A stretch of 64,000 nt of DNA from contig OY970218.1 of the NCBI GenBank assembly GCA_963713975.1, positions 1,184,001 to 1,248,000 of the forward strand. Reading direction: 5' to 3'. Under the pieces are notes generated by a model. The model did not search any database and was not told where the DNA came from. It saw only the letters and a program-made list of their open reading frames with translations. Source of the DNA: an uncultured Chloroflexia bacterium (GTDB taxonomy: Bacteria; Chloroflexota; Limnocylindria; Limnocylindrales; CSP1-4). Numbering within the stretch: position 1 is the first letter of the stretch; every line of letters starts with the position of its first letter. Shown here in pieces: positions 48,162 through 57,957 of the stretch. Position numbers and translations under genes: made by a program.

Positions 48162-49295
48162 ATGCTGACGACCGGGGGCTTGGTTCCCCATGCCCTCCAG
48201 AGCCCGGAGACGGGTGCCGATGCGACCTGGCAGGTGCCGCCTGTGGGCCTCGCCCTCGCCCTTCTCGCGGTCCTGGGGCTTGGGCTCGCGCTGCTCGGGC
48301 AGGCCATGCCGTCGCCGATCGCACCCGTGCCGACAACGGCGGAGCGCGCCGCGCCCCAGGCGCCGGTCGGCGACATCCCGATCCTGGGCGATCCGGTCCG
48401 CGACCTCACGGTCTGGTACTCGGACCGCGTGCGCGACGCCAACCGCGCGGCGCTCGACAACCTGCGGGGCCAACTCCTCACGCCGATCGACCCGCTGAAC
48501 GACAAGGTCACCCGCACCCTGTACGGCCCGATGGTGCTGATCACGATCCCGCTGCTGACGTTCGGCGGCCTCGTCCTGGGCTACCTGATCATGGTCAGCG
48601 GGACGAGCGGGGAGACGGCGTACGCGGCCCGCTCGGTCGCACCGCGGTTCGTCGTGGGGGCGACGCTCGCGATCCTGGGCATCTTCCTCGTGTCGGTGAT
48701 CACCCAGTTCGTCTCGGCGCTCGACGCGGCGATGGTCGGCGTCGCGCTGCCGGCGTCGGCGGTTGGCGATGCGGCCGCCTGGCCATCGACCGGCGGTGTG
48801 TTCCTCGTCCTCCAGCAGGGCGGCTTTGATCCCCAGGTCGCCCAGGGGCCCGACAACTGGAACAGCGGGGCGTGGCTCTCGTCGGGGCTGCTCGCGGGGA
48901 TCCTGACGACGTGCCTCGCGATGCTGAACTGGCTGTTGGCCGGGGTCGAGCGGCTCCTCGTGCTCGTCGGGCCGCTGTGTCTGGCCGCCTACGCGATCCC
49001 GGCCACCGAGCGCGTGACGAGGCTCTGGTTCAAGGTGCTCATCGTCGTCCTGGCGATGCGGTTCGCCTGGGCGATCACGTTCGTCCTGTTCAGCCTCCAG
49101 GCGGGCGCCTACATGGGCGCTTCGGGGGCGCCGGCGACGGTGGCCGACATGAATGTCCTGCTCGGCCTGGCCGCGGGTGCGGCGGCGATGATGCTCGGCC
49201 TCCCGCTGGTGCTGATCCCGGTCGCACTTGCGGGGCCGCAGATCCTCGACGTCGGGAGCGCCGCGCGGACCGTCGCCGCGCTGCGGTACCTCTAG
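48162..49295 (+). CDS. VirB6/TrbL-like polytopic membrane protein
   Basis: Multiple TM helices; PRFVVGA and LVLVGPLCLAAYAIPATE..LWFK pattern. Lies between the pilin and PrgI genes. Confidence 0.65.
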   Translation: MLTTGGLVPHALQSPETGADATWQVPPVGLALALLAVLGLGLALLGQAMPSPIAPVPTTAERAAPQAPVGDIPILGDPVRDLTVWYSDRVRDANRAALDNLRGQLLTPIDPLNDKVTRTLYGPMVLITIPLLTFGGLVLGYLIMVSGTSGETAYAARSVAPRFVVGATLAILGIFLVSVITQFVSALDAAMVGVALPASAVGDAAAWPSTGGVFLVLQQGGFDPQVAQGPDNWNSGAWLSSGLLAGILTTCLAMLNWLLAGVERLLVLVGPLCLAAYAIPATERVTRLWFKVLIVVLAMRFAWAITFVLFSLQAGAYMGASGAPATVADMNVLLGLAAGAAAMMLGLPLVLIPVALAGPQILDVGSAARTVAALRYL

Positions 49296-49297
49296 CG

Positions 49298-50725
49298 ATG
49301 CCGAACCTCGTCGACGTGCCCGAGAACGCCGTCCGCGAGGAGCCGCTGGCGTTTGGGCTCACGGCGCCACAGCTGCTGATCTGCGGGATCGCGGTGGCGA
49401 TCGGCGCGGTGATCCAGCTCATCCCCATGTGGTTACCTCTCCAGATCCTGTTGACGGTGCTGCTCGCGGGCCCGGTGCTGCTCGCGGCGATCCTGCCGAT
49501 CCGGGGTGAACCGGCCTACCGGTGGTTGCTTCGCTGGGTCCGCTACCGGCGCGGTCCGCGCACCTGGCACGCCGTGCTCGGTCCGGATCCACATAAGTCG
49601 CAGATAAGTGAGGAGGCGCACCCTGTCGTGGCTCCGCCCCTCGCGGCCGCAAGCGCGAATACGGCAAGTCTCGGACTTGACGGCAGGGAGGGACAGGTAG
49701 ACCTTGCGGGGGATTCGGCTCCGAGCGTCCAGGAGCAGACATCGATGGGTGAGCGCACCGTCCGACTCCGGGTCGTCGAACTTGACGACGAGGGTCCGGC
49801 GCCCGACCGTTCGAACACGGAAGGCGCGCCACACGAGCGACCCTCGGCAATCCCGCACGTGCTCCCTGGCCTGCGCGTCGTCGCCATCACGAGCTTTGCC
49901 GGTGGGGTGGGCAAGACCACGCTCGCGGTCGAGGTCGCGACGCTGGTCGCGTCCCGTGCCCGGATCCGCTCGCTCGAGGGCACAGAACAGGCGGTCCGTG
50001 TCCTGATCCTCGACGCGTCGCGACTCGCGAGCGCCGTCGGCCTGCGCCTGGGGCTCGACCCGGCCGCCCTGGCAGCCGCCTGGAGCCATCGGATCTGGCG
50101 TGATCCCTCCGCCATCGGGGACCTCGCTGCGGGCACGCGGTGGGGGGTTGATGTGCTCACCCTGCCGCCCCACCCCCAGCTCACCGCGCACGACGGACAG
50201 GCCGACCCACGAGCTGGGGTCTTCGGTGCTGTCGAAGCCGACGCGCTCCTCGAGGGCGTCCAGCGCGCGGGGTATCACCTGCTGGTGACGGACCTGGGCG
50301 GCGTGCTGGAGGACGGCCACCGCCAGCTCATCGACCAGGCCGATGTCGTCCTTGGCGTTGTCCGACCGACCCTCGAGTCGCTCCCGGACGTGTTCCGGCT
50401 CGCGACCGTGCTTCGGCTCCAGGGGATGGGTCGCAAGCTCGGGATCGTCGCCAACGGCGCGGACGACGACACCGAGGTCAAGCGGCTGGCGCGCGAGGCC
50501 GACGTGCCGCTGCTCGGGCGCGTCGGCATCGATCCGGTGTTCACGGTCGCGGCCGACCGCGGCGAGCCCGCCTGGTCCATCGCACCGGCGCGGACGGGCG
50601 AGCTCGTCGGTGTCGCGCGGGCCGCTTGGCCGCTGCTCTCCGATGCGCCCGGGCGCATGACGCGCAGGCGCTCGGTGCTGCGTGCCGTCCGCGACGCGAT
50701 GCCGGCTCCCGGAGGCAACCAGTGA
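49298..50725 (+). CDS. PrgI (VirB3-like) - TadZ/CpaE (MinD/ParA-like ATPase) fusion
   Basis: N-terminal DVP..REEPLAFGLTAPQL, 2 TM helices and GEPAYRW; linker; then FAGGVGKTT and DQADVVLGVVRP. Confidence 0.75.
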   Translation: MPNLVDVPENAVREEPLAFGLTAPQLLICGIAVAIGAVIQLIPMWLPLQILLTVLLAGPVLLAAILPIRGEPAYRWLLRWVRYRRGPRTWHAVLGPDPHKSQISEEAHPVVAPPLAAASANTASLGLDGREGQVDLAGDSAPSVQEQTSMGERTVRLRVVELDDEGPAPDRSNTEGAPHERPSAIPHVLPGLRVVAITSFAGGVGKTTLAVEVATLVASRARIRSLEGTEQAVRVLILDASRLASAVGLRLGLDPAALAAAWSHRIWRDPSAIGDLAAGTRWGVDVLTLPPHPQLTAHDGQADPRAGVFGAVEADALLEGVQRAGYHLLVTDLGGVLEDGHRQLIDQADVVLGVVRPTLESLPDVFRLATVLRLQGMGRKLGIVANGADDDTEVKRLAREADVPLLGRVGIDPVFTVAADRGEPAWSIAPARTGELVGVARAAWPLLSDAPGRMTRRRSVLRAVRDAMPAPGGNQ

Positions 50726-52026
50726 GCACGGAACAGTCACCAGGGTTCGCCCGTGCCCCGCTCTCGTCGGCCACGCTGGGGACCGTCCGGCGGATGCTCG
50801 TCGCGCGCCTCGCGCCCGAAGTGCTCAACCCGTTCGGGCGCACCGAGGAACAGGAGGCGACGCTCCGTCGGACGATCGGCGAGATCCTGGCCGAGCCAGA
50901 GCTCGACCTCGACACGTCGCCGGCACTCGTCGCTGCGGTCGAGGCCGCCGTCTGTGGCCTCGGGCCGCTGCAGCCGCTCGTCGATGACCCGCTGATCGGG
51001 GACATCCTGGTCAACGGCCCAGGAGAGATCTTCATCGAACGCGAGGGCCGCCTCGAGCCGACCGCCGTCACGCTCGGATCCGCCCGAGAGGTCATCGAGC
51101 TTTCCGAGCGGATCGCCGCCCTGGCCGGGCGCGAGCTCTCCGTCGCCCACCCGGTGGTCGATGCCCGGATGCCCGACGGGTCGCGGGTCAACGCCGTCAT
51201 CCCGCCGGTCGGCGGCCCGTACCTCTCGATCCGCAAGTTCAACCGGCTGCGACTCGACCTCGTGCCGGGCGGCCGGCATGGTCGCAACTGGGTCGCCGAG
51301 GGCGGCCTCGATCCCGCCATGGCCGACCTCATCGCCCGTCTCGTGCGAGCGCGCGCGAACATCCTGGTGGCGGGCGAGACGGGCGCCGGCAAGACGACGT
51401 TCCTGCGCTCGGTGACCGACCTGTTCGATCCGGCCGAGCGCATCGGTGTGGTCGAGGACACCGCTGAGCTCGCGCTCGAGAACCCCGACCGGTTCAACCT
51501 CGAGACGCTCCACCCGCACGACCTCACGGGGGGCGAGGCGGACGCGCGCCTGCTCGACGTCGGGGACCTCGTCGCGAACGCCCTGCGGATGCGGCCCGAC
51601 CGGCTGATCGTGGGCGAGATCCGCCTCCCCAAGGAGGCGTTCTACACGCTCCAGGCGCTCCACACAGGACACGACGGATCGGCCACGACCATCCACGCCA
51701 GCAGTGCCGAGGATGCCCTGTTCCGGCTCGAGCTCCTGGCGCGCCAGAGCATGCGCGACCTCACGATCGTCGACCTGCGGACCTACATCGCGCGCGTGTT
51801 CGACCTCGTCGTCGTGCTGCGCCGCCTGCGGTCGGGCCGGCGCATCGTCCGCCAACTGACCGCGGTCGACGGCCTCGCCCCCGACGGGGGCTACCGCCTC
51901 GTCGACGTGTTCCGTGCCGAGGCCTCGCAGGGGTCAGAGGTGATCCGGTTCGTGCGCGACCTCGAATGGCGGCCATCGCCGCGGCTCCTGGCGCGTTTCG
52001 AGATCGAGGGCGAACGATGGAGCTGA
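50722..52026 (+). CDS. tadA: Tad pilus assembly ATPase CpaF/TadA
   Basis: GLGPLQPL, DARMPDGSRVNA, GETGAGKTT, EDTAEL, LRMRPDRLIVGEIR and TGH..TIHA motifs. Confidence 0.93.
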   Translation: MSTEQSPGFARAPLSSATLGTVRRMLVARLAPEVLNPFGRTEEQEATLRRTIGEILAEPELDLDTSPALVAAVEAAVCGLGPLQPLVDDPLIGDILVNGPGEIFIEREGRLEPTAVTLGSAREVIELSERIAALAGRELSVAHPVVDARMPDGSRVNAVIPPVGGPYLSIRKFNRLRLDLVPGGRHGRNWVAEGGLDPAMADLIARLVRARANILVAGETGAGKTTFLRSVTDLFDPAERIGVVEDTAELALENPDRFNLETLHPHDLTGGEADARLLDVGDLVANALRMRPDRLIVGEIRLPKEAFYTLQALHTGHDGSATTIHASSAEDALFRLELLARQSMRDLTIVDLRTYIARVFDLVVVLRRLRSGRRIVRQLTAVDGLAPDGGYRLVDVFRAEASQGSEVIRFVRDLEWRPSPRLLARFEIEGERWS

Positions 52027-52892
52027 TCGGGGCCCTCGCGGTCGGTGTCGCGGTGTTCGCGGCCCTGATGGCGTTGCTGCCATCGCGGGCGCAACCTTCG
52101 CTTGGACTCGGGATGCGGTTGCGAGTGGCGTACGCGGCACGGATCGAGGCGGCCGCGTCACTGCTCGGCCGGGCCCGCTTGGAGATCTCGCCACGCAGCT
52201 ACCTCGCGCTCTCGGTCGCGGCCCCGGTCGCCCTGGGACTCCTGGGGCTGCTGCTCTCGGTGCCGATGGGGATCCTGGGGGTCATCGTCGGCGGCCTCGT
52301 CCCGCGCTGGTACGTCCGCTATCTCGTGGGCTCCGAGGCACGCGCCGCGGCCGACGATGCGCCACGGGTCCTGCGCGCCATGGTCAACCGGGCAGCGTCC
52401 GGCGGCACGTATCCGGACCTGTTCGCGGCGGCGGCCGAGGCGGCCCGCCACCGCTGGGTGAAGGCCGACTTCGAGGAAATTCTCGGTCGCTACTACGCGA
52501 ACGAGCCCCCGGCAGAGGTGCTCATCGACGTCCGCCGGCGCCAGGCGGGGCGGAACCTCGCCCTCGTCTACGACGCGCTGATCACCCTCACCCGGACCCA
52601 TCAGCCGGTCTCGGCCGCGGCCGACGTCCTGGGCTCGCTCGGCGAGGCGGCGCGCGCGAACCAGTCCATCGCCCGCCAGGCCGCCGCCGAGAGCAAGGGG
52701 CTGCGGCTCCAGGCGGCGATCCTCGCGATCGTCATCCCTGCCCTGTTCCTGTACCTCACGCTGGTCAACGGGGAACTGATTGCGCCCGTCATGGCGACCC
52801 CGCTCGGGCGCTACGTCCTGCTGCCCGCAGCCGCCCTGCTCGAAGTCGCAGGCATCGTCCTGTCCTGGCGCGTCACGAGGCTGGAGGCGTAG
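52017..52892 (+). CDS. tadB: TadB-like inner membrane platform protein
   Basis: T2SSF-like topology; directly follows tadA. Confidence 0.78.
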   Translation: MELIGALAVGVAVFAALMALLPSRAQPSLGLGMRLRVAYAARIEAAASLLGRARLEISPRSYLALSVAAPVALGLLGLLLSVPMGILGVIVGGLVPRWYVRYLVGSEARAAADDAPRVLRAMVNRAASGGTYPDLFAAAAEAARHRWVKADFEEILGRYYANEPPAEVLIDVRRRQAGRNLALVYDALITLTRTHQPVSAAADVLGSLGEAARANQSIARQAAAESKGLRLQAAILAIVIPALFLYLTLVNGELIAPVMATPLGRYVLLPAAALLEVAGIVLSWRVTRLEA

Positions 52893-52896
52893 GGCG

Positions 52897-53802
52897 ATGG
52901 AGCTCGTGGGAACGGCCGCGGTTGCACTCGCGGTGTTCTGCCTGTGCATGGCGGTGTTCGGCGGATCGCTGCTCACGCCGCGGCGACTCGACGCGATCCG
53001 CGCGGTCGCGCTTCCGAGGCAGCAGTACGAGCGCCTCGTGTCGGACGACCAGCCGCTCTGGGAGCGGATCCTGCGCCCCGTCGCGGTGCGCCTCGCCGCC
53101 AGGGCGCCCGCATTCGCGTCCCAGGTGAGCGAGCGCGACCTCATCCGGGCTGGGTTCGACCCGCAGGTCCTCACTCCCGCCGAGGTCTACGCCGCCAAGG
53201 TGGTGCTTGCTGCCGCCATCCTCGCGGTCGGCTTCGCCCTCACCCCGCTGTTCTCCGCGGCGCTGCTGGTCGCGCTCCCGATCGCCTTTGTGGGCTACGT
53301 GTTCCCGACCGAGTACCTGGCGTCTCGCGCCAAGGCGCGCCAGGCCCAGATCGGGCGCGAGCTCCCGGACTTCCTGGCGCTCGTGCGTCCGCTCGCCGCG
53401 AAGCACGGCCTCGAGCACGCGGTGGCGGACGTGGCCGACGCGCTCCACGAGGCGTCCGGCGGCGGCAACCTGCTCGCCCGCCAGATCCGCGGCGCCGTGG
53501 CGGCGTACGGCACGGGCACGGATCTGTACGCCGCGTTGCGCGACGTCGCGGCGGCATCGGACATCGAGGCGCTCGACGAGCTGGCCGCTGCCCTGGCGCA
53601 GTCACGAAAGCTCGGCAAGGGCGTCGGCGAGACCCTCGGCGAACACGAACGTTCGCTCCGCGACGCCGAGCGCAACCGGCTCATCGGTGCCGCCTCGACG
53701 GTGCAGCCGAAGCTTGCCGCAATCCTGGCCGGGATCTATCTGCCCGCGTTCGTCCTGCTCATCGTGGTCCCGCTGTTCGCCTCGACACTCGGTCGAATCT
53801 AG
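52897..53802 (+). CDS. tadC: TadC-like inner membrane platform protein
   Basis: RELPDFL, QSRKLG and C-terminal PAFVLLIVVP motifs. Confidence 0.82.
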   Translation: MELVGTAAVALAVFCLCMAVFGGSLLTPRRLDAIRAVALPRQQYERLVSDDQPLWERILRPVAVRLAARAPAFASQVSERDLIRAGFDPQVLTPAEVYAAKVVLAAAILAVGFALTPLFSAALLVALPIAFVGYVFPTEYLASRAKARQAQIGRELPDFLALVRPLAAKHGLEHAVADVADALHEASGGGNLLARQIRGAVAAYGTGTDLYAALRDVAAASDIEALDELAAALAQSRKLGKGVGETLGEHERSLRDAERNRLIGAASTVQPKLAAILAGIYLPAFVLLIVVPLFASTLGRI

Positions 53803-53818
53803 TTACCGGAGGTGCGCC

Positions 53819-54016
53819 ATGAACCTAACTGACCTGCGACACCTGCTCCGGCGGATCTGGGCCGCGGTCCACGCCGATGAACGGGGCCTGACGACGCTCG
53901 AGTACGTGATTGCGGCCGGGATCATCCTCGTCGTGCTGGCGGCGGCGATCCTCGCCTGGAACAACGGGCTCGCCGCGAAGATCGGCGATCTCGTTCGTCA
54001 GCTGTCGGGGTCATGA
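53819..54016 (+). CDS. flp: Flp major pilin
   Basis: DERG|LTTLEY prepilin motif; RBS GGAGG. Confidence 0.88.
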   Translation: MNLTDLRHLLRRIWAAVHADERGLTTLEYVIAAGIILVVLAAAILAWNNGLAAKIGDLVRQLSGS

Positions 54017-54438
54017 GACCGCCACGGAACGCGCTGCCGGCGTGGCAGCGGCGACGAGGCGAGGCGGGAGCGGCGGCGGTCGAGGCGGTCCTCGTCGTGC
54101 CGCTCGTGCTGATCCCGGTTCTGTTTGCGGTCTTCATCTTCGGTCGTCTCGCGCACACCCGGATCGTGCTCGACGCCGCCGCTGCGGCGGGGGCGCGCCA
54201 GGCTGCCGTCGCAGGCGCAGACACGCCGACCGTCCGTGGCCGCATCGCGACCGAGCTGCGCGACGGGGGATTGAATCCGGCCCATGTCAGTGTGACCATC
54301 GAGCCATCGGTGGCCGGCTGGGGCGAGCCGATCCACATCCGCCTCGCGACCGACGAGGAGGCCGGCATCCCGTTCCTGGGCACCTGGCCCATTCCGATGT
54401 CGTCGGAGTTCGTCACCCGGAGCGAGGTGACCCACTGA
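54013..54438 (+). CDS. tadE: TadE-like pseudopilin
   Basis: GAAAVEAVLVVP and AAAAGARQA motifs. Confidence 0.85.
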   Translation: MRPPRNALPAWQRRRGEAGAAAVEAVLVVPLVLIPVLFAVFIFGRLAHTRIVLDAAAAAGARQAAVAGADTPTVRGRIATELRDGGLNPAHVSVTIEPSVAGWGEPIHIRLATDEEAGIPFLGTWPIPMSSEFVTRSEVTH

Positions 54439-54935
54439 TGACGCGATCGCGGACCCGGGTCGGCGAGCGTGGCCAGGTCGCCGTCTACGCGATCCTGCTG
54501 TTCCCGCTGCTCATGCTCGTCCTCACGCTGGTGCTCGCGGTCGGTTCGATCGAGGGCCTGCGGACCCGGATCCGGGCGCAGCTCGACATGGCGGCGCTCA
54601 CCGCCACCCAGGCGCTCGACATCGCCGCGCTCGCGCGCGGTGGTGAGCCCGTGCTGGACGCCGCTACAGCCGACGCGCTTGCCCGTGAGTACCTCGCCCG
54701 GAACCTCGCCACCCTCGGTGATCAGATCGTCGCGTCGCCGACGTCGATTGCCGCCGCGGCCGAGGTCGTGGTCACGAACTCAGCAGGCGTCGACCCCATC
54801 ACCGGCGCCTCCAATACCGCGCCGACGGTGAGCATCCGTATCAGGGTGCCGGCACGCATTCCGCTGCTCGGCCTCGCCGGGCTGGACACCACCGTCGAGC
54901 TGACGCTCACCGGCTCGGCGGCTGCGAGGAGCTGA
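54438..54935 (+). CDS. tadG: TadG-like pseudopilin
   Basis: ERGQVAVY..DMAALTA motif. Confidence 0.75.
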   Translation: MTRSRTRVGERGQVAVYAILLFPLLMLVLTLVLAVGSIEGLRTRIRAQLDMAALTATQALDIAALARGGEPVLDAATADALAREYLARNLATLGDQIVASPTSIAAAAEVVVTNSAGVDPITGASNTAPTVSIRIRVPARIPLLGLAGLDTTVELTLTGSAAARS

Positions 54936-54937
54936 CG

Positions 54938-55504
54938 ATGACGACCCCCAGCCGCATTCGGACCCCGATCCTGGCAGTGGCAGCGATCGCTCTCGGGCTC
55001 GCGGTCGTCGGCGGAATTCTGCTCGCCGGCCGGGTGGGCGTGTCCGATGCCACGCCTTCGCCGTCGATCGCGACATCGGCGGCGCCGACCGCGACGCCGA
55101 CGCCCGCCCCGACGGATCCGCTCTCGAGCCCCGAGGGGGCGGTTCGCGCGTTCTTCGCGGCTTTCGGCGAGGCTCGACGAACCGATGATCCGTCGGCGCT
55201 CGTGGCACTCGTCACCAGCACCGACTCCTCGGCCTACCTCACGGCATCGGGGTTCCTCGCGGGTCAGAAGGCGGACGGGAAGGCGTCGGTCTTGACGACC
55301 AACGAGATCCGCGACCTGGTCGTCGTCCCCGATGGTGATCGAGCGACCGTGACGTTCCTCCACCACCAGGTTGGCTTCGACATCGACCTCGCGACCGGCG
55401 AGCCGAAGGAGAGCCCAACTGCCCTGCCCGACGCCACCGTGCGGGTCGTCGTCGTCCGAACTGGCGATCGATGGCTCGTGGACTCCTTCGAGAACGTCCC
55501 ATGA
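54938..55504 (+). CDS. Membrane-anchored protein with Pro/Thr linker and NTF2-like domain
   Basis: N-terminal TM helix, PTATPTP linker, PEGAVRAFF and VVVVRTGDRWLV. Confidence 0.6.
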   Translation: MTTPSRIRTPILAVAAIALGLAVVGGILLAGRVGVSDATPSPSIATSAAPTATPTPAPTDPLSSPEGAVRAFFAAFGEARRTDDPSALVALVTSTDSSAYLTASGFLAGQKADGKASVLTTNEIRDLVVVPDGDRATVTFLHHQVGFDIDLATGEPKESPTALPDATVRVVVVRTGDRWLVDSFENVP

Positions 55505-56706
55505 GGCGGCGGCTCCTATGGCTCGGAGCTGTGGTCGCAGCCACGGCGCTCGCCCTTGTGCCGCAGGGCAGCGCCCTTGCCATTGACGATGTCAGCGTCA
55601 CGGTCAAGACCTGGCACGCGGGCGCCGGCCGCGCCTACGTCGGCGTCCAGACGGCCGGGCAGTGGGCGCCCCCGAACAGGCGGTCCTGCGTCGGCTACTA
55701 CTCGACCTGGGACCACATCGCAAGGATCGACACCCGACCGGTCCGCGACGAGTGGTACGTCAAAGCGCACACGTGCTCCGGCAGCACCGTGAACCCCTTG
55801 AGTCCGACGATGGTGCTCACGAGTCGCACAAGCCCGGGCATCGGGATCCGGCGTGAGACAACGGGACGGCTCCGGCTCGACCTCGGGGTCGCAGTCGACC
55901 CTGTGACTGCTCCCGCAGGCACGGTCCGGACGGTCACGGCAGCGCTTGCCGGCGACTGGTTGGACGCGATCGGGGACGAGATCAGCGCCTACGTCATCCG
56001 CGACTCCGTCCGCGTCCGGCGCTGGACGGTCGACTTCGGGGACGGCACGGTGCGGACCATCGCGCCCGATCCTGCTGCGCCCACTCGGCTCGCGACGACG
56101 CATCCCTATGGCCCAGGCGAGTTCCAGGTGACGGTGACGGCGCGCGTCACGGGCACTGCCTACGGCGCCTTCTTCACGCCCGCCGGAACCCCGTTCGAGG
56201 ACAGTGTCCCGTTCGCGCTCGACCTCACCAATGCCGCCACGGGGATCGCGGGGCTGCCGATCGAGTACGTCCCGCCGGTCGTCACCGTCGGTGGCAGCCC
56301 GTCGGGCTCCCTGCCGGACGGCACCACAGCCACGCCCGATGCTACCGGGCACGCGGCGATCTTCTGGCCCCGGGGCCTGCCGTGTGACCTCTTCGTCCGC
56401 CCAATCATCGAGCGGGAGGGCTTCATGCGATCGGGTGGCGTGGTCATCGGCGGCGGCAGGACGCGGCTCGTCGGGTACCGCTACACAGCCGGCACCAACG
56501 ATGCTGTCGATGCAAGCAGGAACGGCGTGTATCCCGCCGCTGTGCCCATCCGGATCCAGTGGAACACGCCGCTGCCTGGGACAAGGTCATACCCCGTCCG
56601 GCTCGTGCTCGACCTCGAGACGACCTATGACGACGGGACCGTTCGTGCCTCGCAGGTCTCAGGGACGGTGGACGTGACCGTCGTTTACTCCGCGGTCAGC
56701 CAGTAG
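55501..56706 (+). CDS. Secreted PKD/Ig-like domain protein (putative adhesin)
   Basis: Signal peptide ending ALA; WTVDFGDG..H.Y..GEFQVTVT motif. Confidence 0.7.
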   Translation: MRRRLLWLGAVVAATALALVPQGSALAIDDVSVTVKTWHAGAGRAYVGVQTAGQWAPPNRRSCVGYYSTWDHIARIDTRPVRDEWYVKAHTCSGSTVNPLSPTMVLTSRTSPGIGIRRETTGRLRLDLGVAVDPVTAPAGTVRTVTAALAGDWLDAIGDEISAYVIRDSVRVRRWTVDFGDGTVRTIAPDPAAPTRLATTHPYGPGEFQVTVTARVTGTAYGAFFTPAGTPFEDSVPFALDLTNAATGIAGLPIEYVPPVVTVGGSPSGSLPDGTTATPDATGHAAIFWPRGLPCDLFVRPIIEREGFMRSGGVVIGGGRTRLVGYRYTAGTNDAVDASRNGVYPAAVPIRIQWNTPLPGTRSYPVRLVLDLETTYDDGTVRASQVSGTVDVTVVYSAVSQ

Positions 56707-56719
56707 GGGAGGTGCCACC

Positions 56720-57412
56720 ATGCGTGCCCGCCGGACCGTCTACATCGTCATCTTCGTCGCGGCGAGCCTGATCGCCGCGGGCGCCTACTACCTTGCCCAG
56801 CCGCGCATCGACGTGGTGCGTGCCCGCCAGGACATCGCGGTGCTCACCCCGATCAGCGCCGACATGGTCGAGCTCGTCCGGGTCAGCCCGCTCGGTGCCC
56901 CATCCTCCTCGGCCCGCTCGCTCGACGCCGTCGTCGGGCAATATGCGGCGCTGCCGATCCTCGCCGGTCAGGACGTCGATACCCGGGCGATCGAGGTGAC
57001 GCCCGGGTCGCAAGCCTTCGGCTTCGGAGCACCGCTCGGTCCCGGCGAGGTCGCCTTCGCGCTCCCTGTCGCTGCCGACCAGGCGGTCGGCGGTGCGTTG
57101 TCGCCTGGTGCCCGTGTCGACGTCATCGCCGTCCCCAACGAGCTCAAGACCGGCTTGGCTGCGGCGAGTCCCGGGCCCGGCGCGGTCACGATGGGCCAGG
57201 GTCTCACGATCCTTGCGCTGCGGACGAGCGACGGACACCAGCTCACCGATGTGGCAGCCGGCGGATCGACGGCGGTCGTCCCGCCGAAGCTCGGCTCCGT
57301 GGTCGTCGCCATTCCCGCAGAGCGAGTCGCCGACTTCGCGACCGCGGCGCTGACCTCGACGTTCTACCTGGCCCTCGACCCGGGACAGCCGGGGGCGGCG
57401 GCGGTGCCGTGA
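56720..57412 (+). CDS. cpaB: CpaB/RcpC SAF-domain protein
   Basis: VVRARQDI, VVGQYA..PILAG and GGALSPGARVDVI motifs. Confidence 0.85.
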   Translation: MRARRTVYIVIFVAASLIAAGAYYLAQPRIDVVRARQDIAVLTPISADMVELVRVSPLGAPSSSARSLDAVVGQYAALPILAGQDVDTRAIEVTPGSQAFGFGAPLGPGEVAFALPVAADQAVGGALSPGARVDVIAVPNELKTGLAAASPGPGAVTMGQGLTILALRTSDGHQLTDVAAGGSTAVVPPKLGSVVVAIPAERVADFATAALTSTFYLALDPGQPGAAAVP

Positions 57413-57559
57413 CCAGAACCTTGCGCTGATTGGTCGTCGAGCCCGCTGGCCCTGAGGATCGGGCACCTGCCGGTCCGCTGACCGGCGATCTGCCTGGGAC
57501 CAGCCGCGGGTCGGCCAGGCCCTCGCGGAGCGCAACGCGAGACGGAGGCGTCCTGCCTG

Positions 57560-57700
57560 CTATCGCAGGATCGACGCGACCGCCTGCTCCCTCTTCTTTG
57601 AGAGCGCGCCGATCTGATCTCGCGGATGTTGCCGTCCGCGCTGATGAAGATGTGCGTCGGGATCCCCGCGAAACGGTAGGCGCCGCCGATGGTCGCCCCC
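57560..57700 (-). pseudogene. TlpA-like thioredoxin C-terminal fragment
   Basis: AYRFAGIPTHIFISADGNIR, frameshift, then IGALS..AVASIL*. Confidence 0.55.
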
Positions 57701-57957
57701 CGGACGCGGATCAGGGTGAGGATCGCGGACGATCAGGGACCGGGGAAGGGCCGTTGAGAGGATCGAGCGACGCCGGATGGCGGGTGGCTGTGTGCGGTCT
57801 GTCAGTCCGGCGCGTCCATAGGCCCGGGCCGGTGCCCGCTCGCGGCCGCGAGGCTGTCCGGTCGACCGCCCGCACCCCGTGAAACGGTTTGGCTCTGACA
57901 GGTACCAACCCAGGTAGAGGGCGCGACCCGCGCCCCGACGCATGGGACGGGACCACG

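Noticed and set aside
57880-57915. ECF promoter TGAAAC upstream of the His-rich gene
   Set aside because: No convincing -10 element and only one instance.
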